Shown here piece after piece: positions 50,871 through 61,531 of a stretch of DNA of 64,000 bases (the first letter of the stretch is position 1; the number at the start of each line of letters is the position of its first letter). Source of the stretch: an uncultured delta proteobacterium. Its GTDB lineage: Bacteria > Myxococcota > B64-G9. The DNA is taken from contig CAVWHX010000004.1 of NCBI GenBank assembly GCA_963754925.1, positions 1,216,001 through 1,280,000 of the forward strand. Direction: 5' to 3'. Both the position numbers and the translations under genes were made by a program. The notes below the pieces were generated by a model. It was not told the origin of the DNA, made no database searches, and saw nothing but the letters and a program-made list of their open reading frames with translations.

Positions 50871-52820
50871 GTGGCCAAAGAGAAAGTGGTCAAGAAAAAG
50901 CTTGTCGGACCAACCCAGCGCTGGACGGTGGCCGACGCCAAAGATCTCTATCTCATCGATAAATGGGGTTTGGGTTTTTTTGACGTCAACAAGACCGGCA
51001 ACCTGGTTGTTCACCCAACCCGCAACCCTGCGCTCGGCTTTGATCTGAGGGAGTTGATCGAGGAGTTAATCGAGCGCGGCATTGACCCGCCTGTGTTGCT
51101 TCGCTTTACCGATATCCTGCGCGCCCGGATTGACGAGATAAACCACGCCTTCAACGAGTCCATCACCCAGTACGGGTATCAAGGCCGTTACCGCGGCGTC
51201 TACCCGATCAAGGTAAATCAACACCGCCAGGTGGTCGAGAACATAGTCGAATTTGGCCGGCCCTACGATTTCGGTTTGGAGGCCGGAAGCAAACCGGAGC
51301 TTCTGCTGGCAATCGCTTTACAAGACAATGATAAGGCCTTGATCGTTTGTAACGGTTACAAGGATCATGAGTACATTGAGACCGCTCTGTTTGCCACCAA
51401 GCTCGGTCGTCAGGTTATCATCGTGGTCGAGAAACTCACCGAGCTTGAGCTTATCCTGGCCGAATCCGAGCGCCTGGGGGTGCGACCCAATATCGGACTG
51501 CGGGTTAAACTTTCCAGCCAAGGGCGCGGCAAGTGGGAGGGTTCGGGCGGCGACCGCTCAAAGTTCGGGTTGTTTGTCTCGGAGCTGCTGCACGCGGTCG
51601 AGGTGCTGCGCGAGTGTAATTATCTGGGTTCGTTCCAACTATTGCATTTCCATCTCGGTTCACAGATAACCTCGATCCAAACCATCAAGGAAGCGCTGCG
51701 AGAAGCCACCAAGATATTCGTTGAACTGCACAAGCTGGGGGTGCCGCTGCGCATCATCAATGTGGGCGGTGGTCTCGCGGTCGACTACGACGGCTCGCAA
51801 ACCAACTTTGCCTCGAGCGCCAATTACACCCTCAAGGAGTACGCCGCGGACGTGGTGAGCGCGGTGTTTGAGGCGTGCCATGAGAACGGCATCCCCCACC
51901 CGGATATCGTCTCCGAGAGCGGCCGGGCGTTGGTGGCGCACCACTCGGCGGTGATCGTCGAGGTGCTGGGCACCACTGAAATGGGCGCTAATGAATTTGC
52001 GGTGCCGACCCTGGGCGAACCCCACGAGCTGCTCAAATCGATCATAGAAGTTGAGCGCACGTTCTCGCGCAAGAATTTCCAGGAGGCGTTTCACGATGCG
52101 GTGCAACTCAAGAACGAGGCGCTCAGCTTATTCAATCTCGGCTATCTCGACCTCAAGACGCGCGCCCAAGTTGAGTCGGTCTTCTGGAAGGTATGCCAGA
52201 AGATCCTCAAATTCATTCGTGAGCTCGAGCTCGACTACGTTCCCGACGAGCTCGAGGGGTTGGAGCTGTATTTCGCCGACACCTACTATGGTAATTTCTC
52301 GGTGTTCCAATCGGTCCCGGACCACTGGGCCGTCAAGCAGATGTTCCCGGTGTTGCCCATTCAGAGGCTCAACCAACGCCCAACCCGCCGAGCCACCTTT
52401 GCCGATATCACCTGCGATTCAGACGGCAAAGTGGACCAGTTTATCGATCTCCGCGATGTCAAGGACACCATCAATCTCCATAGTATTCGCGGCGATGAGC
52501 CATACTACTGCGGGATTTTTTTGACCGGCGCCTACCAAGAAATACTCGGCGACCTCCACAATCTGTTTGGGTTTACCAATACGGTGCACGTTTCGATCCT
52601 CGAAGACGGCGTCTATCAGATCGATCGGGTGATCCCGGGCGAAAACGTTTCGGAGGTGTTGGCCCAGGTGCAGTACACGAAGCCTGACCTGATGAACGCT
52701 ATGCGTAAAGCAGTCGAGATGGGGGTAGCCCAAAAGCGCATTACCCTAAAAGAAGCCAAGCAGATACTCACCCAGTATGAACAGGGGTTGGGCGGCTATA
52801 CCTATTTGGAGAAGGAGTAG
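50871..52820 (+). CDS. speA: Biosynthetic arginine decarboxylase
   Basis: YPIKVNQ (PLP Lys), GLEAGSKPEL, SGG.RSKFGL, HFHLGSQI, DITCDSDG, GAYQEILGD.HNLFG. Confidence 0.97.
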   Translation: MAKEKVVKKKLVGPTQRWTVADAKDLYLIDKWGLGFFDVNKTGNLVVHPTRNPALGFDLRELIEELIERGIDPPVLLRFTDILRARIDEINHAFNESITQYGYQGRYRGVYPIKVNQHRQVVENIVEFGRPYDFGLEAGSKPELLLAIALQDNDKALIVCNGYKDHEYIETALFATKLGRQVIIVVEKLTELELILAESERLGVRPNIGLRVKLSSQGRGKWEGSGGDRSKFGLFVSELLHAVEVLRECNYLGSFQLLHFHLGSQITSIQTIKEALREATKIFVELHKLGVPLRIINVGGGLAVDYDGSQTNFASSANYTLKEYAADVVSAVFEACHENGIPHPDIVSESGRALVAHHSAVIVEVLGTTEMGANEFAVPTLGEPHELLKSIIEVERTFSRKNFQEAFHDAVQLKNEALSLFNLGYLDLKTRAQVESVFWKVCQKILKFIRELELDYVPDELEGLELYFADTYYGNFSVFQSVPDHWAVKQMFPVLPIQRLNQRPTRRATFADITCDSDGKVDQFIDLRDVKDTINLHSIRGDEPYYCGIFLTGAYQEILGDLHNLFGFTNTVHVSILEDGVYQIDRVIPGENVSEVLAQVQYTKPDLMNAMRKAVEMGVAQKRITLKEAKQILTQYEQGLGGYTYLEKE

Positions 52821-52828
52821 CCTGACGT

Positions 52829-54113
52829 ATGGAGCTGGTTAGATTTCCGCCCGGAGAGGTGGTGCTCGCGGATCGGCCTTTTCATGAGGCTATCTTCCCT
52901 GAGATCGACAATCTCCTGGTGCGTAACAAATGCCCTGATGGCCGGTTGGAGCTCGACGCAGGCGAGAAGCGCCTGACCTGCCTGATCCATAAATCAACCC
53001 CGCACTCTGCGGGGCTGCTCGATGGCGATTTGTTTTCATCGGTTGAGCTTAAGACTTCCCCGTCCTGGCGCGCCAAATGGAAGGCGCCCGGTGCACGCTG
53101 ACCAAAACCGATGCAATCCTGGTGCTCCTGATAGCCGTGCAATTTCGACATCGACCGGCCCTGCAAGCTACTACTGAGTTGGTTGATCCGAACCACGTTC
53201 TCGAGGTGTTGGCGCGCGAGGGACAGGATGCGGCGTTGGTGCTTGAACGCGGCGGGGCTCGCAGCCTGCTCTTCTTGCAGAAAGGGACTCCGGCCCGGTT
53301 GTACTTCGGTAGGCCCGACGACGATCCGGGCCAGGGCGATCCGCGGGAACGTTTCTTGGTTTATTCGTTCAATGCGTCGGCCGGGATAGGCAAGCTCGAG
53401 GTATACAAAAAGCTCAATATCGATCCCGATCCCGATGCCGGTGTGTGGCTCGCGCGCCTTGCCGAGGCGGCCAAACCGCCGCCGCCGGTCACGGTGCAGG
53501 TTCGTTTTGGCAGTCGCGTGGTCCTGCAGCGACCCTTTATGCCGCCGGCCATGACCATCGGGCGCGATCATCTGTGCGAGTTAATGTTCGATAACTTGAG
53601 CATCAGCCGCCGCCACGCCCGGCTCTCCTGGGAGCGCGGTCAATTTGTGGTCGAAGATTCTTAAGCATCAACGGCACGATGGTCAACGACAAGACTATCA
53701 CCCGCTCTCCCGTCGAGATCGGCGATCGTATCCAAACCGGCAAGTATGAGATTACCCTCTCGACGCTGCAGGAACAAAGCGACCCGAACTACACCGTCAT
53801 GATGCCCGCAAAGCAAGTTCAGGCGCAGGCTTTTCTGGTGGGCGCCGGGATGTGCTACCCGTTAGGTGTTGAGACGACCATCGGGAAGGCCCCGGGGGTG
53901 AACATCCGGGTGAAGGGCTGGTTCATCAAGCCCGTGCACGCCTACCTTTTAAATGAGTCGCCGGGGAGCTTTAAAATGCTTTGCAGCAACGGCGCGCGCG
54001 TGATCGTGAACGGCGCCAAGACCGACAGCTGCCTGCTCAACCCCGGTGATGAAATCAGAGTCGGACAATCTCGGTTCAAGCTGACGCTTGATCCCGATGA
54101 GATTGTTTGCTAG
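52829..54113 (+). CDS. Protein with unknown N-terminal region and two FHA-type domains; two frameshifts (~53052, ~53661)
   Basis: TIGRD, ISRRHA, ED..SINGTMVN across the shift; second TIGK..HA..VNG..L.PGD.I.VG. Confidence 0.8.
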
Positions 54114-54189
54114 AGACTGTTAGCGAACGAAGTGAGCTTACAGTCTCTTGTCCCCTCGAGCGGAGCGAGAGGGGGCTAGTCTCTGGCAC
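54108..54189. repeat. Composite palindrome containing 44-nt hairpin copy 2, between convergent genes (may also act as terminator)
   Basis: Stem agagactgt/acagtctct; second hairpin cccctc..gagggg; outer IR tgctagagact/agtctctggca. Confidence 0.75.
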
Positions 54190-54215
54190 ACCCGTTTATG
54201 CGCTGGCCCGTTTAT

Positions 54216-55397
54216 TTATTCTGCGTCGAGATACTGCCAGGCAAGATTGGCGAGCATTAAGATTCCATAGGGGAGCGCCGACGCGCCGAAATCAAACTGG
54301 GCGGTGTGCAGTTGGGCTCTGCAGCCGAGTCCAAGGCTGAACATGCATCCCGGAACGCCGCCTTGTTCGGTGAGGTAATAGGCGAAGTCCTCGCCGCCCA
54401 TGGTTTGCTCGTGAGCTTCGTGAACGTGGTCCGATCCCAAAAGCTCCCGGCCGACCGCGCGCACGAGTTCCATCAAGGTTGGATCATTGCTCACCCGCGG
54501 GTAGCCTTCTAAAAACTGAATTTCAGCCCGCGCCCCGAAGGCGGCTGCCGTGCCCGTGACGATGCGTCGCACCTCGTCGACCACCCGTGTTTGCACCGCG
54601 GGATCGCGCGTGCGGATGGTGCCCTGCAACACGGCTTCACGGGGGATGACGTTACGTTGCGCGCCGGCATGGAACGAACCGATCGTCACCACGGCGGATT
54701 CATACGGCGCCACTCGTCGACTGACAACCTGCTGGAGAGCCGTGACGAGGTGCGCTGCGATCGGAATCGGATCGATCCCCCGGTGGGGGTAGGCGCCGTG
54801 ACTTTCCACCCCCTGCACCCGCACGTCGAACGGATTGGTGGCGGCGCTCGGGATGGCATCGAGCTCGATGCTCCCCAGCGGGACCTCTGATCGGCCATGC
54901 AACGCGAAGATCGCTTCAATCGGAGGCTCGTCGCGCAGCACCCCGGCTGCTACCAAAACTTTGGCGCCGGCGCCTTCCTCTTCAGCGGGTTGAAAGATAA
55001 ACTTCACCTGGCCTGCGAGCTCGGCCCGTTGCTGCGCAAGCAGCCGGGCCGCGCCGAGCACCGCGGCGGTATGGCCGTCATGACCGCAGGCATGCATCAA
55101 CCCGGGCCGCACCGAGGCATAGGCAAGGCCGGTATCCTCGTCAATGGCCAAGGCATCCATATCGGCGCGCAGCGCTACGGTTTTTCCCGGGCGAACGCCG
55201 CGCAGAACCCCGACCACCCCGGTCCCGGCGACGCCGTCATGCACCGCGTCGAGGCCGAGGCTGCGCAACGCTTCGGCTACCATCGCGGCGGTATGGTGTT
55301 CGTCAAAGGCTCGTTCGGGGTAGCGGTGGAGCTCCTGGCGTAGACGCTCGGCCCAAGCGAGGGTTACGGAATCGACATCGCGGATGCAACGAGTCAT
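54216..55397 (-). CDS. M20 family amidohydrolase (AbgB/HipO-like)
   Basis: LH..PE, ALRADMDAL, MHACGHDGH, FQPAEE, GGEDF. Confidence 0.95.
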   Translation of the reverse strand: MTRCIRDVDSVTLAWAERLRQELHRYPERAFDEHHTAAMVAEALRSLGLDAVHDGVAGTGVVGVLRGVRPGKTVALRADMDALAIDEDTGLAYASVRPGLMHACGHDGHTAAVLGAARLLAQQRAELAGQVKFIFQPAEEEGAGAKVLVAAGVLRDEPPIEAIFALHGRSEVPLGSIELDAIPSAATNPFDVRVQGVESHGAYPHRGIDPIPIAAHLVTALQQVVSRRVAPYESAVVTIGSFHAGAQRNVIPREAVLQGTIRTRDPAVQTRVVDEVRRIVTGTAAAFGARAEIQFLEGYPRVSNDPTLMELVRAVGRELLGSDHVHEAHEQTMGGEDFAYYLTEQGGVPGCMFSLGLGCRAQLHTAQFDFGASALPYGILMLANLAWQYLDAE

Positions 55398-55412
55398 CGC
55401 AACCGTTCGGTA

Positions 55413-56732
55413 TCATGGCCCGCCCGGTAGGATCAAGGTAAAACGCGCCCCGTCGTCCCATCCGGGAACCGGCGAAGCTACTTCGATGCGCCCGCCGTGC
55501 TCCTCGGTCACCATTTTACAAAATGTTAATCCGAGACCGTTGCCGCTCGCGAGCCCCAGGTTTTTGCTCTCCACCTGAAAAAACTTTTCAAACAGTCGTG
55601 GGAGCACCTCAGCCGGGATCACCCGACCGTGGTTGGTCAAGATCAGCCGCAACCCGGTGTCCTGTTCAGAGTACGCTCCAATGTGGACCTCGGTTCCGCG
55701 CTTGGCAAACTTTACCGCATTAACCAGCAAATTCACGACAACGCGGGTCATCAGGCCGCGATCCAGAAAGGCTTTGAGATTGGTTTGGCAGTCAAGCTCA
55801 AAACCGACCTTGCATGCCTGAGCCAAAACCTGCACCCGGTCCAACCCCTCCAAAATAATATCATAAATCGATGTCAACTCCCTATTCAGCGGGAGATAAC
55901 CGGCTTCCATGCGATTGACATCCAAGATGTTGGCAATGAGATCCTGCATTTCCTTGGCGGTGGAGGTTAAAATCTTAAGGGTGTGTTTCACCATCTCTGG
56001 TGGAATCTGTTCGATCTGGTTGCACTCAAAATACTCCAACCCCAATAATATCGTGCCCAGAGGGTTCTTCAAATCGTGGACCACCATCCGGGTCAGTGAT
56101 TCCTTGAGTTCGTCGATAGTTTGAAGTTGCGAATACTGCTCGGTCAGGTGCTTATTCAGATCCATGAGGTTCTTGGTGCGCGCCAAAACCTTCTGCTCCA
56201 ACGTTGCATTCAGATCTTTGATTCCTTTTGAAAGCCGGGCGTTTTCAAACGCCACCACCGTGAGGTCGGCCATGGTTGTCAGATACTCGAGGTCGTCCCT
56301 TTCGAACGCGTGTCCGGAACGCTTGGGCCCTACTGCAATGAGCCCAATTAGGCGCCGATTCATCTTGAGCGGTACCATGACCGCGACCGGCAGATTCAAT
56401 GCCGTGGGAATTTCGAACGCCCGATCGTGCTCAGCGAGCCCGATCTCGCTGAGGTACTCGGCCATACGTTGCGATGTCGGAGCCGCGTCCACGGGGTCAC
56501 CCGTGGGCACCTCTGAGAGTTTCCCGGTGCGCTCATCGTTGACGAAGACGTGTATCGACTCAACCGAAATTGCCCTGCCGATCATTGCTGTCAGGTTGTG
56601 CGACAGCGTTTGGAGTTCGCCCATGTCCGCCGAGGGGTAACTGCATTCGAGAGGAGGGACGCAGCGATCATCGGAATAACAGAAAAACAGTTGCCCGATT
56701 ACCTCCGCAATATCGATCTGTTTGTCTTTCAT
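55413..56732 (-). CDS. GAF-like sensor histidine kinase (orphan)
   Basis: GPKRSG..F...D, HDLKNPL (H box), NLLVNAVKF, F box, G.GLGLTFCK. Confidence 0.92.
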   Translation of the reverse strand: MKDKQIDIAEVIGQLFFCYSDDRCVPPLECSYPSADMGELQTLSHNLTAMIGRAISVESIHVFVNDERTGKLSEVPTGDPVDAAPTSQRMAEYLSEIGLAEHDRAFEIPTALNLPVAVMVPLKMNRRLIGLIAVGPKRSGHAFERDDLEYLTTMADLTVVAFENARLSKGIKDLNATLEQKVLARTKNLMDLNKHLTEQYSQLQTIDELKESLTRMVVHDLKNPLGTILLGLEYFECNQIEQIPPEMVKHTLKILTSTAKEMQDLIANILDVNRMEAGYLPLNRELTSIYDIILEGLDRVQVLAQACKVGFELDCQTNLKAFLDRGLMTRVVVNLLVNAVKFAKRGTEVHIGAYSEQDTGLRLILTNHGRVIPAEVLPRLFEKFFQVESKNLGLASGNGLGLTFCKMVTEEHGGRIEVASPVPGWDDGARFTLILPGGP

Positions 56733-56933
56733 GTTGTTTCTCTCGTCCCGAACGTACCGATCAAAAGATCGGCGAGAGATCTCAACCCCCCCGTTGTTTA
56801 ATAATCTTTCTGGTGTTTCGACGAAAGACCAAAGCCCAACACGGGTATTTCGCCTTAAGATTACCTCGTATGTTTTTTTCTGTCAATTTCAGCGATACGT
56901 ATACTCAGACGGAAAAGAAATGAATTTGTTTGT

Positions 56934-57629
56934 TTACACATATAAAACGCACATAACGTAGGCATCGTAAAGGGTATGGGCATACACTGCTGGTGCAAAT
57001 CCTCGTAAGAGAAAGATCGCACCCAACATGACGCCCAGGAGCAGGCGATAGAGGAAACTTGGAAGTTCAAAAGGATCCGCCATCGCTCCCATATAATGAA
57101 CAGCCGAGAATGCGAACGCCGAGACCACCGTGGCAATACCATACGCAAGAAAGCGTTTCATCCCGCGGCTCGTAAAAAATCTGCCCAGGGCGCTCAAAAT
57201 CACCAAGCGAAAAATGAGCTCCTCGTAAAAACCAGCCCCGCATGAGGCGACCAGCCGGTCGAGCATTCCCATGTTTTTGACCACATCAATCGAGAGTACG
57301 TGGAGTTTTCTAAGAAAGAGATGCGCGGTTGGTCCCATTATCAACGCATACATACCTGATTCTATCAATAACCAAGGAAACGTATGCGGATCAAAGGTAC
57401 CGTGCCGACTGAGAATCCTGAGCGTCACGCCGTAGATGAGAATCAATGCGATCATTATCAGGAGATAGCGCTGCCAACTAAGGCCTAAGAGATATCCCAA
57501 GGAATGCGTGAAGGGGTCGACGCCGTTCGTCGCCTTCGGGCTTATCAGAAGCCCGATTTGGTAGAAGAGAAAAACTGGCGCCGCGAGAATAAGATTGTTC
57601 AGCACGTGAGGGGCTTTGTTAGTTTTCAT
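56934..57629 (-). CDS. CPBP (CAAX/Abi) intramembrane glutamic endopeptidase
   Basis: AG.YEELIFR, FSAVHY, H.LYD. Confidence 0.9.
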   Translation of the reverse strand: MKTNKAPHVLNNLILAAPVFLFYQIGLLISPKATNGVDPFTHSLGYLLGLSWQRYLLIMIALILIYGVTLRILSRHGTFDPHTFPWLLIESGMYALIMGPTAHLFLRKLHVLSIDVVKNMGMLDRLVASCGAGFYEELIFRLVILSALGRFFTSRGMKRFLAYGIATVVSAFAFSAVHYMGAMADPFELPSFLYRLLLGVMLGAIFLLRGFAPAVYAHTLYDAYVMCVLYV

Positions 57630-57734
57630 AGATGCCTATAAACACTAAACGATGAGTCTGGCGATACCGCCGACGGTTAGGATGCCCCGCCGCCATGGTA
57701 GTATCAGCACTATTAGATAAAAGATCGACTGTCG

Positions 57735-58232
57735 CTAATCTATTTGCAGGAACATCTCGCGCTTGGCATTGCAGATGGGGCAATTGTCCGGAGCCTTGCC
57801 CTCGGCCACGTAACCGCAAACCTGGCAAACAAAGTACGTGGTTTCGGTTTCACCCACCATGTGGTCGATGGCGTTTTTGTAGATCTTGGCGTGTATCTCT
57901 TCGACGTCGCGCGCCTGGCTAAAGGCGAGGCGCGCAGGCTCGTTGCCTTCTTCGTCGGCCGCCTGAATCATCGGCGGATAGGCATTTTCGCTGACATTCG
58001 TCTCGCTCTCGAAGCTGAATTTTAGGTTTTCCTCGGTTGATTGAATTATCTTCAGCAGCCGCAAAACCCGCAGCCCATGCACCCGTTCGGCGGCGGCGAT
58101 GGCGCGAAACATCTTGGCCATCTGCGGGTAGCCCTCGTCCGCCGCTTTCTGCGCAAAACCAAGTAAGCGCAACGCAGCCTTCGCCTCGCCGTCGAAGGCT
58201 TTTTTAAGATTGTCTTCGGTACGGGTTGCCAT
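57735..58232 (-). CDS. rbr: Rubrerythrin family protein
   Basis: T..NL..AF.GE, A..EG, AE.VH, YP, E..H, C.VCGY...P..CPIC. Confidence 0.93.
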   Translation of the reverse strand: MATRTEDNLKKAFDGEAKAALRLLGFAQKAADEGYPQMAKMFRAIAAAERVHGLRVLRLLKIIQSTEENLKFSFESETNVSENAYPPMIQAADEEGNEPARLAFSQARDVEEIHAKIYKNAIDHMVGETETTYFVCQVCGYVAEGKAPDNCPICNAKREMFLQID

Positions 58233-58234
58233 GA

Positions 58235-59542
58235 TCAGGCCTTTTTAGGTGGTTTGACCAACAAAGAGAGGATGACGCCGAGCATACAAGCGGCGCCGGC
58301 GATGACAAAGGGAGCCAACCATGCCGATGCGTCGGTGGCGCCCTTGGCCGAGTCTTTAAAATATCCGGCGATCTGCGGCCCGACGATGCCGGCAAGACCG
58401 TATGCTAAAAACACCCATCCATAGTTTAACCCAACTGTTTTGTTGCCGAAAAAGTCAGCCGTAGCGGCCGGGAACAGCGCGAAGTTCCCACCGAAATTAA
58501 AACCGATGATACAGGCCCCGACAATCAGCCCAACTTCTGACGAGCCGATATAATAAAATGAGAACATGGCGGCAGCCTGAAATAAGCACATCAACACGAG
58601 CGAAACCTTTCGGCCAATACGGTCGGAGACCGCTCCCCAGATGATTCGGCCGAGGCCGTTGAGGATGGCATACAGTGCCATCGCGGTGCCGGCGACAGCG
58701 GCGGCCTCCGCAACTGGTAAACCTTTGCCAAATTTGAGGGCGTCAATGCCGAATAAGCTAATGCACGAGATTACCATCAAACCCGCCAACCCAGAGCAAA
58801 CGAAGGTAAACCAGATCATGTAGAACTGGGGAGTGCGCAGCATCTCGCTCGAATTGAACTCAACCTGTCCGCTTGCTGCGTTACCTGTTCCCGGGGGAGG
58901 GGGCTCCCATCCCGCTGGTTTGAAACCGGCGGGCGGATTAATCATCACCAAACCTCCCACGACCACCATCAACAGAAAAATGATACCGTACAGTGCGTAG
59001 GTGGCCTGGACCGGGGGTAACCCAAATAGGTCAAGCGTATCAACAAAGTTGAACCACGAACCGCCGGCTTTCACCCAAATGGTCGCGCCGAATCCGAAAC
59101 CCGCCACCGCGAGCCCCGTAATTAAACCCTTAATGTCGGGGAACCACTTCACCAAAACGGCTATCGGCACTATGTAGGCCAAACCAATGCCCGAGCCGCC
59201 TATGAGCCCAATGAAAACAAGTTGCGGCCAGAACGAATTGCCCAGGAATCCTGCCAGGATATATCCAATCCCGAGGACAATACCTCCCAGAATCGCAATC
59301 TTACGGGGCCCAACCTTTGTTTGCCAGCGCCCAGCCAACACCATCACCACCGCGAAGGTTGCGATGCCAACCGAGAAGATCCATGCCGCTTCGCCGGCGG
59401 TGAACTTGTACAATCCAGTTTTGTCGGTTAGGGGCTTAGTAAATAAGGACCAGGCGTAGATCGCCCCCAAAGCCAATTGAATGAGAATGGCGCCAACAAC
59501 GGTAATCCATCGGTTCATTACTTTTGTTTCGGTTGCTGTCAT
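58235..59542 (-). CDS. OFA-family (oxalate:formate antiporter-like) MFS transporter
   Basis: G.IYAWS.F, KWFPD.KGL.TGLAVAGFG.G, NGLGR..WG..SDRIGR, NYG. Confidence 0.92.
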   Translation of the reverse strand: MTATETKVMNRWITVVGAILIQLALGAIYAWSLFTKPLTDKTGLYKFTAGEAAWIFSVGIATFAVVMVLAGRWQTKVGPRKIAILGGIVLGIGYILAGFLGNSFWPQLVFIGLIGGSGIGLAYIVPIAVLVKWFPDIKGLITGLAVAGFGFGATIWVKAGGSWFNFVDTLDLFGLPPVQATYALYGIIFLLMVVVGGLVMINPPAGFKPAGWEPPPPGTGNAASGQVEFNSSEMLRTPQFYMIWFTFVCSGLAGLMVISCISLFGIDALKFGKGLPVAEAAAVAGTAMALYAILNGLGRIIWGAVSDRIGRKVSLVLMCLFQAAAMFSFYYIGSSEVGLIVGACIIGFNFGGNFALFPAATADFFGNKTVGLNYGWVFLAYGLAGIVGPQIAGYFKDSAKGATDASAWLAPFVIAGAACMLGVILSLLVKPPKKA

Positions 59543-59715
59543 GTTTTCGCTCCCAAATTGACACGTGAGTCAGTTATTGAAGTTATTGTGCATCCCCTTA
59601 ACACAATGGATTGGCAGACGTCAAGTCATTAAGCTTGGTAATCCTATCTTGAAATCAGAAGGCTGTCAGTGATAGGGTGCGCAGGCAAGAACGCGTAAGC
59701 TTAGGAGGCAGTTAC

Positions 59716-60132
59716 ATGAAATCGACCACTGAGTATCTTACGTTTAACGTCCCGGCGCGTATGGATTTTGTCAACATAACCGCCGACGTTCAGCGCATCG
59801 TCAAACAGAGCGGAATCGCAGAAGGTTTGTGCCTGGTTAACGCCATGCACATCACCGCCAGTGTCTTCATCAACGACGACGAGCCTGGTCTGCATGAGGA
59901 CTACAAGGAATGGTTGGAGCGGCTCGCCCCGCACAGCCCCGAGCGCTACCGCCACAACCGTACCGGCGAAGATAACGGCGACGCCCACCATAAACGCCAG
60001 ATCATGGGACGCGAGGTGGTCGTGGCGGTGACGCGCGGCACGCTTGACTTTGGCCCCTGGGAGCGGATCTTTTATGGGGAGTTCGACGGCCGCCGGCCGA
60101 AACGGGTGCTGGTGAAAGTCATCGGCGAATGA
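59716..60132 (+). CDS. yjbQ: YjbQ family (secondary thiamine-phosphate synthase-like)
   Basis: GGAGG RBS; H.TAS..IND.E.GL..D, Y.HN..GEDN.DAH.K, G.WE.IFY.EFDG.R. Confidence 0.93.
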   Translation: MKSTTEYLTFNVPARMDFVNITADVQRIVKQSGIAEGLCLVNAMHITASVFINDDEPGLHEDYKEWLERLAPHSPERYRHNRTGEDNGDAHHKRQIMGREVVVAVTRGTLDFGPWERIFYGEFDGRRPKRVLVKVIGE

Positions 60133-60938
60133 AAATGCATGTCATGAATCAAGACGATATACGGTACCTGAGCGATCTCAATCTTGCCGATTTTACGAGA
60201 GAGCGAGCGCGGTGGAACGTTTCAAATGAGATCATAGAGCACGATGATTTGTTAATAACCAGAAGCACAAACCCGTCTCCCATCACCAATGTGGCCATGC
60301 TGCTCAGTCGCGGTGCCCCGCTTCCCGGCGGTGAAGTGCTCAATCGTATACGATCGTTCTATGCTCAACACCATTCAGGGTATAGCATTCATATCCGGAA
60401 GCATGTCGATGCTTCTCTGGAACAAGCCTGCCAAACGGAAAATATGTACCAACTCTCGGATGCTCCGGGGATGATGATTGATGAGACTATCCCAGAAAAA
60501 CCGTTACCGCAGGAATTTGAAATAAGACCGGTTGAGAATCCTTCGACTGCCGCTGATTTCGCATCAGTCGTGATTCAGAGTTATCAACGCCTTGGTATGC
60601 CGGCAGAAATTGGGTCTGAAATTTTCAAATCGTTTGAACGTAGTATCCGTCCTTACAATTATTCGGTTGTGGGTTATTTCAGAGGCAATCCCGCGTCGTG
60701 CGCCATGGCCTTCTTCGGACGTCTCGTCGCGGGAATATATTGGGTCGGCACTATTCGAGAAGCGCGGGGCCGCGGCATGGCCGAGGCGTGCACCCGCCGC
60801 GCGACCAACGAGGCGCTACGGCGCGGCGCGGCCTTTGTCGTTCTTCAAGCAAGTAAATTTGGCCGACCGCTATATCAACGCATGGGGTTTAAAGAGATTA
60901 CCACGTACCCGTGGTATATGTATATCCCGAAAGCGTGA
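60129..60938 (+). CDS. GNAT-family N-acetyltransferase
   Basis: GIYWVGT..EARGRG.A, LQAS..G..LY.RMGF. Confidence 0.9.
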   Translation: MKMHVMNQDDIRYLSDLNLADFTRERARWNVSNEIIEHDDLLITRSTNPSPITNVAMLLSRGAPLPGGEVLNRIRSFYAQHHSGYSIHIRKHVDASLEQACQTENMYQLSDAPGMMIDETIPEKPLPQEFEIRPVENPSTAADFASVVIQSYQRLGMPAEIGSEIFKSFERSIRPYNYSVVGYFRGNPASCAMAFFGRLVAGIYWVGTIREARGRGMAEACTRRATNEALRRGAAFVVLQASKFGRPLYQRMGFKEITTYPWYMYIPKA

Positions 60939-60971
60939 TGATCGTTGGTTCTCGGAAACAACTCTCGCGAC

Positions 60972-61373
60972 TTACTTTTTCTCCAACCAGTTCATGGCGT
61001 CGGCAGGATCATCGAATAGTTTTGTTTCAATGCCTTGGCTACAACATAACTCCGATAACAGTCTCATATTCATCTGGCCGACGACGGTTTTTGGAAGGAC
61101 AATGGCCCAATACTTCCATCCGGCTTTTACAACACGTCGAAACCAATTATTAGTGGCCCACTCTTGGTCTTCTTTAGGCAGTGCTGAATTTTTTCTGTCA
61201 TCAGACAACCATTTACTGGCGAAGTACCGTTCAAAAACGTCAACACCTTGATTCAAAGCATCTCGGAATTCCTCGCCATAGGTATATCTATGAAAGGTAT
61301 GGTGCAAGATTTTCTTGTCGGGATAATATTTCATGGTAATGGAATCGTTGTCTAGAACGGTAATCTCCGACAT
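60972..61373 (-). CDS. Hypothetical STAS/SpoIIAA-like small protein
   Basis: GGAGG RBS; KWLSDDR, DQEW...W..R....G.KY.AIV, F.....A..WL. Confidence 0.65.
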   Translation of the reverse strand: MSEITVLDNDSITMKYYPDKKILHHTFHRYTYGEEFRDALNQGVDVFERYFASKWLSDDRKNSALPKEDQEWATNNWFRRVVKAGWKYWAIVLPKTVVGQMNMRLLSELCCSQGIETKLFDDPADAMNWLEKK

Positions 61374-61531
61374 TGGCCCGCCTCCTGGTGTAGCGATTTG
61401 TTCTTATATAGGTGTTGGGTATTAGTACCGATCCCTTTGTTGTAACATAATGATATGGTAGTATTTATTCCCAGTCTGATCAACTTTTCGGTAGCATTGA
61501 GGGTGATCGGACGCAATGGAATCAGGGAGAT

